Below the pieces are notes generated by a model, which ran no database searches, was not told the origin of the DNA, and worked only from the letters and a program-made list of their open reading frames with translations. A stretch of 64,000 bases of DNA from a bacterium (GTDB lineage Bacteria; UBA8248). This document shows, piece after piece, positions 47,612 through 57,072 of the stretch (position 1 is its first letter; the number at the start of each line of letters is the position of its first letter). The DNA lies in NCBI GenBank assembly GCA_965213685.1, contig CBDBZY010000029.1, forward strand, positions 1 through 64,000. The letters are read 5' to 3'. The position numbers were made by a program, and so were the translations under genes.

Positions 47612-47786
47612 CCCGTGAACTCCCACACGCCCCACGCCCATCCCGCCCTGGCCACGCCCGCCCGGCAACCCACAAAAACCGGCCGCCGCCCCAGGTGGTT
47701 GGCCGCGCCCGCTGGTCTGACCAGAGGAGCGCATTCGCGGGACAGGCCGTCGCCCGCACTCTACGCCCGCACTCTCTATATGCCCA

Positions 47787-49208
47787 CTATATGCCCAGAC
47801 GTTTTTTTTCCGCCCGTATCTGGGCCGCAACGCTGTTCCGGGAGGCGCCGCCGGCGCTGCTCCTCGAACGCAAGGATTTTTCCAGATGCGCCTCCGCCAC
47901 ATCCTCCTCGCGCAGGCGCGGGTCGGCCCGCTCCAAATCAGAGGCGCTCAACTCGCTCAGCGCCGCTCCCCTGTCGAGAGCGATCCGCACCGCGCGCCCC
48001 GCCGCCTCGTGCGCCTGGCGAAAGGGAACGCCCCGCCGCACCATGGCGTCCGCCAGGTCCGTCGCCGTCATATACCCCCCCTCTGCGGCCTGCGCCATTC
48101 TTTCCGGCCGGAACCGCATGGATTCGACCATGGGCGCCATGACCAGCAAGGAGGCCAGCAGCGTGTCGGCGGCGTCGAACAGGGGCTCCTTGTCCTCCTG
48201 GAGATCCCGGTTATATGTCAGCGGCAGCCCCTTCATCAAGGTGAGCAGGGCGAGAAAATCCCCGAAGACGCGCCCGCTCTTGCCCCGGACGATCTCCGCC
48301 ACGTCCGGGTTTTTCTTCTGCGGCATCAGGGAGCTGCCCGTGGCGAAGGAATCCGCCATCTCGGCGAAGCCGAACTCCCCGCTCACCCAGAGAACGACCT
48401 CCTCGCCCAGCCTGCTGAGGTGCATCATGGCGATGGCGGCGGCAGATGCGAACTCCAGGGCGAAATCCCGATCGCTCACCGCGTCCATGCTGTTCTCCGC
48501 AACGGAGGCGAACCCCAGCTTTTTCGCCACCGCTCCCCTGTCTATCGGGTGGCTCGTGCCCGCGAGCGCGCCCGCGCCCAGCGGCAAGACGTTGACCCGG
48601 ACGCGCGCCTCCGCCAGGCGCTCCGCGTCGCGCCGGAACATCTGGCAATACGCGAGCAGATGATGCGCCAGGGAGACGGGCTGCGCGCGCTGCAGGTGCG
48701 TGTAGCCGGGCATCACCGTGTCGAGGTGCGCCTCCGCCTGGGCGAGCAGGGCGCGCCGCAGTGCCGAGAGCGCCTCGCGCGTCTCGTCAATCTGATCCCG
48801 GAGCCACAGCCTCAGCGAGGTGGCCACCTGGTCGTTTCGGCTCCTGGCCGTGTGCAGCCGGCCGCCGGCGGCGCCGATGCGCTTCGTCAGCGCCGCCTCG
48901 ACGTTCATGTGCACATCCTCGAGGCCTGTCTCAAACCGGAACCTGTTCGCCCGCACATCCCGCAGAATGGCCCGGAGGCCGGAGACGATTTTGCGCGCGT
49001 CCGCCTCGGGGATGATGCCCTGCGCCCCCAGCATCTCCGCATGGGCGATGGAGCCGGCGATGTCATGGGCCGCCAGACGGCGATCGAAGGAAACGCTCTC
49101 GGTAAAGGCCTCCACGCGCGCGTCGGTATCGCCCTGGAACCTGCCGCCCCAGGGTTTCGGGGCCCGCACCCCCCCGGCCTTCGCTTCCGCTTCCCCTTCT
49201 TCCGGCAT
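47787..49208 (-). CDS. argH: Argininosuccinate lyase
   Basis: WGGRF, HTARSRNDQ, PGYTHLQ, GSSLMPQKKNPD and YNRDLQEDK motifs. Confidence 0.98.
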   Translation of the reverse strand: MPEEGEAEAKAGGVRAPKPWGGRFQGDTDARVEAFTESVSFDRRLAAHDIAGSIAHAEMLGAQGIIPEADARKIVSGLRAILRDVRANRFRFETGLEDVHMNVEAALTKRIGAAGGRLHTARSRNDQVATSLRLWLRDQIDETREALSALRRALLAQAEAHLDTVMPGYTHLQRAQPVSLAHHLLAYCQMFRRDAERLAEARVRVNVLPLGAGALAGTSHPIDRGAVAKKLGFASVAENSMDAVSDRDFALEFASAAAIAMMHLSRLGEEVVLWVSGEFGFAEMADSFATGSSLMPQKKNPDVAEIVRGKSGRVFGDFLALLTLMKGLPLTYNRDLQEDKEPLFDAADTLLASLLVMAPMVESMRFRPERMAQAAEGGYMTATDLADAMVRRGVPFRQAHEAAGRAVRIALDRGAALSELSASDLERADPRLREEDVAEAHLEKSLRSRSSAGGASRNSVAAQIRAEKKRLGI

Positions 49209-49443
49209 TTGGAGAGACCCTCTCTATAGAGCTTAGAGATGAAGAGCGGCGCGCCGCCCCGGGAGGGTTCCCGCCCGGGGAGCCAGAAACAACTGCTTAC
49301 ACGATAGGGGGCATGAGGGGCAACCAGGACAAGAAAGCGGGGAGATGCACAGAGCGCGCGCCATGTGGCGCGGCCCACTTGCGGGCGGTGCGCGCCTGCC
49401 CTAGGATGCGGAGGGTCTGCGAGTCATTTTTTGCCGCATCTTT

Positions 49444-50772
49444 GTGCCCGTGTCCTTTGGAAAGAATCATTTGAGACAAAACCACCGGCTCTTCTCGCCC
49501 AGGCAGTGGATCTTCATCGCCTCCGCCTTCGTGCTCCTGGGACTTTTCTCGGGACTGAACTTTCTTTTCGGCATATTCCTGAATCCCCTGATAGACGAAT
49601 TCGGCTGGAATCGCTCGACGGCCTCGGCGGCATACTCCATCAACATGTTCATGATAGCGTTTTGCTCGATGATCGCCGGCGGCCTCTCCGACAGGTTCGG
49701 CACCAGACCCGTGCTGATCGCCGGCGTGCTGATCGCCGGCGGCTCCCTGCTTCTCTCCTGCTTCATACAGAATTTATGGCAATACTTTCTGCTGACCGGC
49801 GTGATGGCGGGGCTGGGGCGCGCCGCCATCGCCACGCCCGTCCAGGCCTTCATTCAGCGCAACCTGGACAGAAACAGGGGGCTTGCCACCGGCCTGGCCG
49901 GCTCGGGCGCCGGCCTCGGCATACTGGCGCTGGCGCCTCTCACGGGCTTTCTCGTCAGCGCCCACGGGTGGCGCGTCTCCTACCTGGCGCTGGGAGTCCT
50001 CTTTCTCGCCATCGCCATCCCTGCGGCCATCGCCCTGAAAACGCAAAAACGGCGCGCGGCGCAAGCGAGCGGCGCGCATCCCCCCAATCATAATCCCCAT
50101 GATCCCCCGGAGAAGGCGGAGGAGTCCGCCCGGATACTCCCCGAAGCGTCCCTGGGGATGCGGGAGATTCTCAAGCGCAAGCCCTTCTGGATGATCATAT
50201 CGAGTCACGCCACGGACTGCATGTGCCACTCCGTTCTGATCGTGCATCTGGTGCCCATCGCGATCGAGGCGGGCATCTCCCACGTGCAGGCGTCGGGCCT
50301 CGTCGGCGTCATGGGGCTGGGAACGATCATCGGGCGAATCAGCCTCGGAATACTGGCGGATCGCATCGGCGCCAAACGCGCGCTGTTCTCCACGCTGATG
50401 ACGCAGACGCTGCCCGTCCCCCTGCTCTTCTGGATAGGCTCTCCTCTCGCATTCTACGCCGTCGCCCTGATGGTCGGGGTCGGCCTCGGGGGACACGGGA
50501 CGATGTACCCCGTGGTCACGCGCGAATACTACGGCCCCAAAAAGGTGGGCATCCTGTTCGGCGCCTTCATCACCGGCGCGAGCTCGGGGATGGCCACGGG
50601 CGGGTTCATGGGCGGACTGCTGCACGACCTGACGGGCGACTATACGCTGTCCATCCTGTTCAGCTTCCTGACCGGCGTGGCGTCCCTGCTCTTCGTGCTC
50701 TCCTATCCCTCCAGGGATGCGCTGAAAAAACCAAAAGACATCGCGGAGACCCTCGTCCAGCCGGCGGGGTAG
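49444..50772 (+). CDS. MFS transporter (OFA/MCT-like)
   Basis: About 12 hydrophobic segments; motif A GGLSDRFGTR and GILADRIGAK; RGLATG; EYYG. Confidence 0.9.
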   Translation: MPVSFGKNHLRQNHRLFSPRQWIFIASAFVLLGLFSGLNFLFGIFLNPLIDEFGWNRSTASAAYSINMFMIAFCSMIAGGLSDRFGTRPVLIAGVLIAGGSLLLSCFIQNLWQYFLLTGVMAGLGRAAIATPVQAFIQRNLDRNRGLATGLAGSGAGLGILALAPLTGFLVSAHGWRVSYLALGVLFLAIAIPAAIALKTQKRRAAQASGAHPPNHNPHDPPEKAEESARILPEASLGMREILKRKPFWMIISSHATDCMCHSVLIVHLVPIAIEAGISHVQASGLVGVMGLGTIIGRISLGILADRIGAKRALFSTLMTQTLPVPLLFWIGSPLAFYAVALMVGVGLGGHGTMYPVVTREYYGPKKVGILFGAFITGASSGMATGGFMGGLLHDLTGDYTLSILFSFLTGVASLLFVLSYPSRDALKKPKDIAETLVQPAG

Positions 50773-51085
50773 GAGAATCCACGCGCCCCCGAGGCGTCCG
50801 GAACGCTCCATCGTGGAAACCGGAAAGCCCCGCCTGCCCCATGCCGGCATCCAGAACCAGACGCTCCCGCGCAGACTGGAAGCCGGGGCCATCGCGCGCC
50901 GGCGGCCAGAGGGCCATCTTGCGGAAGCAGCATCCACGCGCCCCTCATTCCGGCCGTGCGCGCCAGGAGATTTTTCCGTTCCAGAGGGGGCGTCCTCCCT
51001 TGACACCCGCTCGCGGTGCTGATACGTTCCCGCCCGTACGTTCTGGGATGGCGGCGTTTCCTGTCATGCGGGAGAAGAAACAGGC

Positions 51086-51358
51086 GTGGCTCCTGACCCT
51101 TCCCCGGAAGAAACGGGTCGCATACCCCCAAGGGATAAAACGCCAACAAAAAAGTCCCGGGATGAGAGAATTCGCAAAGGCGTGCGAAACGCGCACCTTG
51201 CGACGCTCGGATGGAACTTTGTAACCGCACCGCTCGTCGGCGGCGGCCTGGGCTATGGCCTGGACTGGCTTCTGGGCTCCTATCCGTGGGCGATGGTCGT
51301 TGGCCTGCTGCTGGGCTTTGTTTCCGCTTTCATCGACCTCATCAAAGGCGTGCGCTAG
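51086..51358 (+). CDS. AtpZ/AtpI-family ATP synthase accessory protein
   Basis: GGGLGYGLDWLLGSYPW...GLLLG two-TM pattern at the head of the atp cluster. Confidence 0.82.
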   Translation: MAPDPSPEETGRIPPRDKTPTKKSRDERIRKGVRNAHLATLGWNFVTAPLVGGGLGYGLDWLLGSYPWAMVVGLLLGFVSAFIDLIKGVR

Positions 51359-51763
51359 GTGGCAAACCGGTATCCGCCGTCCATCAGCCTCAGAAGCATC
51401 GAAACCTCCGGCTGGCGGATTCTGGCGATCATGGGTGCGGCGGGGTTGATGCTGGGGTATGTTTCGGCGGCCGTTGGGCTGGCCGTTGGCGGGGGATGCG
51501 CGCTTGGAAGTTTCCGGCTGATGGACATATACTTCGCGCGCATGTTTCTTCGAGAAGGCATGAACCGCCCTGCCGCCAGATGGTGGCACCATGTTTTATA
51601 CATCCTGCGATTCGCCGCTCTCATCGGAACGGTAGCGCTTGCGATAGGCTGGCTCCGACTTTCCGTCGTGGGCGTGGTGATGGGGTTGTCTATCCCGCCA
51701 TTGGCCATATTCATTCATGGGGCACGGAGCGCCCTCCGCGCAGAAGGATCGACAAGGGCATAG
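51359..51763 (+). CDS. atpI: ATP synthase subunit I (UncI-like)
   Basis: Four hydrophobic segments with LRF motif, between atpZ-like and atpB. Confidence 0.75.
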   Translation: MANRYPPSISLRSIETSGWRILAIMGAAGLMLGYVSAAVGLAVGGGCALGSFRLMDIYFARMFLREGMNRPAARWWHHVLYILRFAALIGTVALAIGWLRLSVVGVVMGLSIPPLAIFIHGARSALRAEGSTRA

Positions 51764-51766
51764 GGC

Positions 51767-52486
51767 ATGGAAAAATTTCACCCGTTTCTGTATTTCGACG
51801 TCTTCCCCGGACTCTCCGCCTACCCCAACATCGTGTACAGCTGGCTGGTGATGCTCTTCCTCATCGTGAGTTCCTTGCTCGTCACCAAGGCGCTCCAGAA
51901 GATACCCGTGGGCGGACAAAACGTGTTCGAGGCGATTTTCGACGCTTTTTCCGCTTTCATGGAGGGCCCCCTCGGCAAGGAGGGCAGACCCTTCTTCCCC
52001 CTCGTGTTCACGCTGGGCACCTACATTTTTCTGTGCAACGTCATCGGGATTCTGCCCGGCTTCATGGCGCCGACGAGCAACCTGAACACGAACGTGGGAT
52101 GCGCCCTCACCGTCTTTTTCGCCACGCACTACGTCGGGTTCCGGAGAAGCGGGATGGGCTACCTCAAGCACTTCACGGGGCCCATCATGTGGCTGGCGCC
52201 GCTCATGATTCCCATCGAGATCATCTCCCACCTCAGCCGCCCCCTCTCCCTCACCCTGCGCCTGTTCGGAAACATTACGGGCGAGGAGCTGGTGCTGGGC
52301 GTTCTGATGCTGCTCTGCCTGCAAATCTTTCTGCCCGTTCCCTGGGCGATGCAGATGTTCATCATTTTCGGAAGTTTCATTCAGGCTTTTGTCTTCACTC
52401 TCTTGACCATGATATACATTGCCGGTTCGCTCGAAGGGCACGACCACGACGAAGAGCATGGGCACGAGGTCGCCCACGCCCATTAA
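51767..52486 (+). CDS. atpB: F0 ATP synthase subunit a
   Basis: PTSNLNT, IEIISHLSRPLSLTLRLFGNI and IQAFVFTLL motifs. Confidence 0.97.
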   Translation: MEKFHPFLYFDVFPGLSAYPNIVYSWLVMLFLIVSSLLVTKALQKIPVGGQNVFEAIFDAFSAFMEGPLGKEGRPFFPLVFTLGTYIFLCNVIGILPGFMAPTSNLNTNVGCALTVFFATHYVGFRRSGMGYLKHFTGPIMWLAPLMIPIEIISHLSRPLSLTLRLFGNITGEELVLGVLMLLCLQIFLPVPWAMQMFIIFGSFIQAFVFTLLTMIYIAGSLEGHDHDEEHGHEVAHAH

Positions 52487-52539
52487 AACACAACCATAAC
52501 AGCCCACACCGAAATCACTTCAACAAGGAGATGTAAGGC

Positions 52540-52863
52540 ATGAAACGTTTGTTGGGAATGCTCGGACTCACCATCGCCGGCCTGGCAGCCATGGCCACCG
52601 ATGCGCTGGCCGCCGCCGCCGGGGACGCCGGAAGCGGCGAGGTTCTGAAATGGAGGATGATCTCCGCGTCATTCGCTCTGGCCATCGCCGCAGCCGCCGG
52701 CGCTTTTGCCCAGAGCAGAAGCATTGCGAGTGCACTGGACGGCACGGCGCGCAATCCGGGCGCGGCCGGAGACATTCGCGTGTCGATGATCATCGGTCTC
52801 GCCCTGATCGAGTCCCTCGTCATTTACACGTTCGTTATCTGCCTCATCATCATCCTTGGCTAG
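52540..52863 (+). CDS. atpE: F0 ATP synthase subunit c with a signal-peptide-like N-terminal extension
   Basis: ARNP loop and ion-binding IESLVIY. Confidence 0.95.
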   Translation: MKRLLGMLGLTIAGLAAMATDALAAAAGDAGSGEVLKWRMISASFALAIAAAAGAFAQSRSIASALDGTARNPGAAGDIRVSMIIGLALIESLVIYTFVICLIIILG

Positions 52864-52904
52864 ATAAAAGCGCATCTCCCGTCCCGCGCGCGCGATGCGA
52901 GAGG

Positions 52905-52930
52905 GGGGGAGCCGGCCGGCTCCCCCTTTT
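52905..52930 (+). terminator. Intrinsic terminator after atpE
   Basis: GGGGGAGCC-GGCC-GGCTCCCCC-TTTT. Confidence 0.75.
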
Positions 52931-53095
52931 CGCGCGGCGGGATTTTCGCTCCCCGAACGCGCGCCCTGGGCTTGGTGCGCCATGTCGCGATGCGTTCGCA
53001 ACGTCCGCTTGCTCTCCCCGCCAAAACCCATAAAATCTAACCGCGCACGAGACGCCGCGCTGTCTTACCCGTTTTCCAGCGAGCCGAGAGCCCAC

Positions 53096-53737
53096 ATGTG
53101 GGAGAACACGAAAGTCAGGATTCCCGAGGCGACCGTCAACCGATTGTCCACTTACGCCCGAATCCTGGACCAGGCCAAGGACGGGGGGACGGAGCTGATC
53201 GCGTCCGCCGACCTGGCGCGGCAATGCGGATTCAAGCCCGCCCAAATCAGAAAAGACCTCGCCTATTTCGGCGAATTCGGCGTTCGCGGCCAGGGCTACT
53301 ACGTCAAGGAGCTGCGGTACACCCTCAAGAAAATCCTGGGGGTAACCCAGACGTGGAAAGTCGTGCTCGTCGGAGCGGGGAATCTCGGCTCCGCGCTGCT
53401 GGCGTATAAAGGATTCCTGGCCCACGGCTTTGAAATCGACGCCGTCGTCGACAAATTTCCCGAAAAAATACCCGCCCACCGAACCGGCTCCCTGCCGGTG
53501 CGTCCGATGTCGGCTCTGCACCAAATCGTCCAGGAAAAAGGCATCAAGATCGGCATCGTCGCCGTGCCGAGCGCAAGTGCGCAAAACGTGGGAACGTCGC
53601 TCGTGAACGCGGGCATCACGGGCATACTGAATTTCGCCCCCACCCAGATTCAGACGCCGCGTCATGTAAAGGTAAAAAATGTGGACCTGGGCAGCGAACT
53701 CGAACACCTCTCGTTTTATCTCTCGCAAAACGCCTGA
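53096..53737 (+). CDS. rex: Redox-sensing transcriptional repressor Rex
   Basis: IPEATVNRL, QIRKDLAYFGEFGVRGQGY, GAGNLG and ILNFAP motifs. Confidence 0.96.
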   Translation: MWENTKVRIPEATVNRLSTYARILDQAKDGGTELIASADLARQCGFKPAQIRKDLAYFGEFGVRGQGYYVKELRYTLKKILGVTQTWKVVLVGAGNLGSALLAYKGFLAHGFEIDAVVDKFPEKIPAHRTGSLPVRPMSALHQIVQEKGIKIGIVAVPSASAQNVGTSLVNAGITGILNFAPTQIQTPRHVKVKNVDLGSELEHLSFYLSQNA

Positions 53738-53753
53738 GACGCGCAGCGGCTCC

Positions 53754-54515
53754 ATGGGCGGACCTGGCGTCTTGAACCCGCGAACCCCCTGCATCCTGGC
53801 GCTGGACACCTCGACGCCCAGAGGAAAGTGCGCGGTGCTCTCTTTCGCCGGAGAGGCGGGCGAGGCGTCCGCACCGGAGGATATCCGCATCTCCCGAACG
53901 CTTCTCCCCCAGGTGGAGGAACTGCTGGATGCGAACAACATCCCCGCCAACATGATCCGGGCCGTCGGGGTGAGCGTCGGCCCCGGGACGTTCACGGGGC
54001 TTCGGGTGGGACTCTCGTTCGCCAAAGGGCTCGCGCTGGGGCTGGGGTGTCCGCTGTATGGTTTTTCCTCCCTGGAAACCATGGCGATGGACGCACTGCT
54101 CCGCAGGATGCGGGCACGACGGGTGCTGCCGGACTACATCCTCCCCTATCGGGACGCCGGGCATGGCGAGTTGTTCACCGCCTTGTTTCAAGTATCGGCG
54201 AACCCGGAATCTTCCCTGTCCCATACCCTTTTGCGCGTCCGGGCGGACGCCGTCACCGAGCGGGGCGCGCTTCGCCCGCCGGCGGATGGCCATACCCTGG
54301 CGGCGGGCAGAAGGAAAGAGCGGCCCGAAACCCTCGGCACCGGGGCTTCGGGAGAAGCCGTCGCGCACCATGAGGTCGATTCCTCCGCCGTTGCGGCCGC
54401 ATGGCTCGCGCGCGCGGCGATCGAGTCCCGCACGCCCCCGCCCGGTGCCGACGTATCGCTGAACTATTGCCGCAAACCGCAGGCGCAAACAAAATGGGCG
54501 GACCCGCAGGGTTGA
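53754..54515 (+). CDS. tsaB: tRNA threonylcarbamoyladenosine biosynthesis protein TsaB
   Basis: ILALDTST and GPGTFTGLRVG motifs; C-terminal NYCRKPQA. Confidence 0.9.
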   Translation: MGGPGVLNPRTPCILALDTSTPRGKCAVLSFAGEAGEASAPEDIRISRTLLPQVEELLDANNIPANMIRAVGVSVGPGTFTGLRVGLSFAKGLALGLGCPLYGFSSLETMAMDALLRRMRARRVLPDYILPYRDAGHGELFTALFQVSANPESSLSHTLLRVRADAVTERGALRPPADGHTLAAGRRKERPETLGTGASGEAVAHHEVDSSAVAAAWLARAAIESRTPPPGADVSLNYCRKPQAQTKWADPQG

Positions 54516-54651
54516 TTCCCGGTTTCATTTCTCGTATTTTCGGGGATTATGTTCGTTGCCGGCGAAACGACCGGCCAAACGCCCTTTCTGATCATGCGAA
54601 CAGGCGGAAGCCGCACATTTTCAGACATGCCCACGCGGAGGAGATTTTTCA

Positions 54652-54849
54652 TTGGAGACAACGAAAGAAACGCCGAACGCCGCCGACGCACTCGCGCGTC
54701 TCAGAAAAAAGCACGCCGTTTTGGATGAAAAAATTCTCGCTCTGGAGGACATCCGATTCCCGTCCCCGGCGGAGCAGCAGCAGATCAAATCGCTGAAAAA
54801 AGAAAAACTCGCCGTCAAGACGCAGCTGGAAACCCTGGAGCGCCGCTAG
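54652..54849 (+). CDS. YdcH/DUF465-family small coiled-coil protein
   Basis: LRKKHAVLDEKI...LKKEKLAVK; RBS GGAGGA before the TTG. Confidence 0.8.
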   Translation: METTKETPNAADALARLRKKHAVLDEKILALEDIRFPSPAEQQQIKSLKKEKLAVKTQLETLERR

Positions 54850-55275
54850 GGAGCGGGAGAGGGGTTCGTCCGAGGAAAGGTGCGGTCGCCCCGTGCGACG
54901 AGATGGCGCAATGAGAGATGAGAGACGTGGTTCGATTTTCACCCTTGACCGAAGACGAAAAACATGCGGTACTGCCCCTCGTTGCGCGTTCTGGATGCGC
55001 GGGCCGACGAGACGCCCGGCCCTCCCCCCGAGTCGTTCCCGGGGGCTTGGTTTGTTGATGGACGCGCAAATCCATTTTCATCCGTTTCATCTGGAAGACG
55101 GCCATATGCATCCGAAAAAGATGTTGTGGAACAAGGAGTCTGGCGTAAAGAGGGGGCGGTGCGCCCCCGTGCGCCGTCCCCTGATTTCCGCTTGACAGTC
55201 TGCCGGCATCGTCGGCATTTTTCGGATCGACTTCCATTGCCAGAATGAGGCGAGGCCCCGTCTGGCGGAGAGGAA

Positions 55276-57060
55276 ATGGCCGTGGCGACCAAAACGCAAA
55301 ACCCCACTCCCGAACAACCGGCAAAGCTGAGGCCGAAGAAAATCCCGGGCGCCGAGATCATCTACCGCAGCCTGGAGCGCGAAGGCGTGAAGTACGTCTT
55401 CGGCCATCCGGGCGCCGTGCTCCTCACCGTCCTGGACCTGTTTCTGGAAAGAAGCGAGATCAAGCACCTGCTCATCCGCCATGAGCAGTGCGCCGCCCAC
55501 ATGGCCGAGGGCTACGCCCGCGCCAGCGGCGAGGTCGGCGTATGCCTCACCACTTCCGGGCCAGGCGCCACGAACCTCATCACGGGCATCACGGACGCCT
55601 ACATGGACTCGATTCCCATCGTGTGCCTCACGGGGCAGGTCGCCACCTCGATGGTGGGCAACGACGCCTTCCAGGAGGCCGACATCGTCGGCATGACCCG
55701 AACCGTCACCAAGCACAGCTATCTGGTGAAAGACACCGACGACCTCGCGGAAACGATTCAGGAGGCTTTCTACATCGCGCGCACGGGCAGGCCGGGGCCG
55801 GTGCTCGTCGATCTCCCCAAGGACGTCCTGCTCGGCGAGGGGAACTACCAGATTCCGGACAAGGTGGAGCTGCGCGGCTACAAGCCCACGACCAAGGGGC
55901 ACCCCAGGCAGATTCAGCGCGTGGCCAAAGCCATCCGGGAATCCAAACAGCCCCTCCTCTACGTGGGGGGCGGCGCCATTCACGCCGAAGCGCACGCGGA
56001 GATCGTGAAACTCGCGGAGACGGCGGACATTCCGGTGACATACACCCTGCTGGGCGCGGGCGCCTTCCCGAGTGCCCATGCGCTCTCGCTGGGCATGCTC
56101 GGCATGCACGGGACGGCGTACGCCAACTACGCGACCATGGAGTGCGACCTGCTCATCGCCGTCGGCGCGCGGTTCGACGACCGCGTCACCGGAAAGGTGT
56201 CGGAATTCGCGACCCGCGCGAAAATCATCCACATCGACATCGACCCCACGGCCATCGGCAAGAACAAGGTGACGGACATCCCGGTCGTGGGCGATGCGCG
56301 CCAGGTGCTCGCCGAGGTCAACAAACTCGTCGAGCCGCAAAAGCGCGCCCTGTGGCAGAAGCGGATACAGAACCTGAAAACGGAATACCCGCTGACGTTC
56401 GACTCCTCGGAGGACGCGCCGATCAAGCCGCAGGAGGCCATCCTCGCACTGAGCGAGGAGGTGGGCGAGAAGGCCATCATCACCACCGAGGTGGGACAGC
56501 ACCAGATGTGGGCCGCCCAGTTTTACAACTTCACCTTCCCGCGCCAGTTCATCTCCTCCGGCGGCCTGGGGACGATGGGGTTCGGGTTTCCCGCCGCCAT
56601 TGGCGTGGCGCTGGCGAGGCCGGACAAGCTCGCCATCGACATCGCGGGAGACGGCAGCTTTCAGATGGTGATGCAGGAGCTCGCCACAGCCGTTCAATAC
56701 GACATCCCCGTGAAGGTCTTCTTGCTGAACAACGCCACGCTGGGCATGGTGCGCCAGTGGCAGGACTTGTTCATGGACAGGCGGTTCAGCGAGGTGAACT
56801 TCGACTCCTCGCCCGATTACGTCAAGGTCGCGGAGGCGTTCGGCGCCAGCGGGCGGCGGATTGTGGACAAACACGACCTCCGGCCCGCCATCCAGGAGAT
56901 GGTCGCCGCGCCGGGCCCCTACGTCCTGGACGTGATCGTCGACCCCGACGAACTGGTGTTCCCGATGGTGCCCGCGGGCGGCGCGACAAAGGACATGATC
57001 GTTCGGGACAGCCGCAAGAAGGTTCTTCGGGGCAAGCTCAGCGCCTTGCCTGACAACTAG
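55276..57060 (+). CDS. ilvB: Acetolactate synthase large subunit, copy 1
   Basis: RHEQ, TSGPGATN, DAFQEAD, GRPGPV, GMLGMHG, RFDDRVTG, GDGSF and GMVRQWQ motifs. Confidence 0.96.
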   Translation: MAVATKTQNPTPEQPAKLRPKKIPGAEIIYRSLEREGVKYVFGHPGAVLLTVLDLFLERSEIKHLLIRHEQCAAHMAEGYARASGEVGVCLTTSGPGATNLITGITDAYMDSIPIVCLTGQVATSMVGNDAFQEADIVGMTRTVTKHSYLVKDTDDLAETIQEAFYIARTGRPGPVLVDLPKDVLLGEGNYQIPDKVELRGYKPTTKGHPRQIQRVAKAIRESKQPLLYVGGGAIHAEAHAEIVKLAETADIPVTYTLLGAGAFPSAHALSLGMLGMHGTAYANYATMECDLLIAVGARFDDRVTGKVSEFATRAKIIHIDIDPTAIGKNKVTDIPVVGDARQVLAEVNKLVEPQKRALWQKRIQNLKTEYPLTFDSSEDAPIKPQEAILALSEEVGEKAIITTEVGQHQMWAAQFYNFTFPRQFISSGGLGTMGFGFPAAIGVALARPDKLAIDIAGDGSFQMVMQELATAVQYDIPVKVFLLNNATLGMVRQWQDLFMDRRFSEVNFDSSPDYVKVAEAFGASGRRIVDKHDLRPAIQEMVAAPGPYVLDVIVDPDELVFPMVPAGGATKDMIVRDSRKKVLRGKLSALPDN

Positions 57061-57072
57061 GAGGTTTCATCC

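Noticed and set aside
50990-53095. Rex operator upstream of the atp genes or rex
   Set aside because: I could not see a TTGTGAA-N4-TTCACAA-like palindrome.
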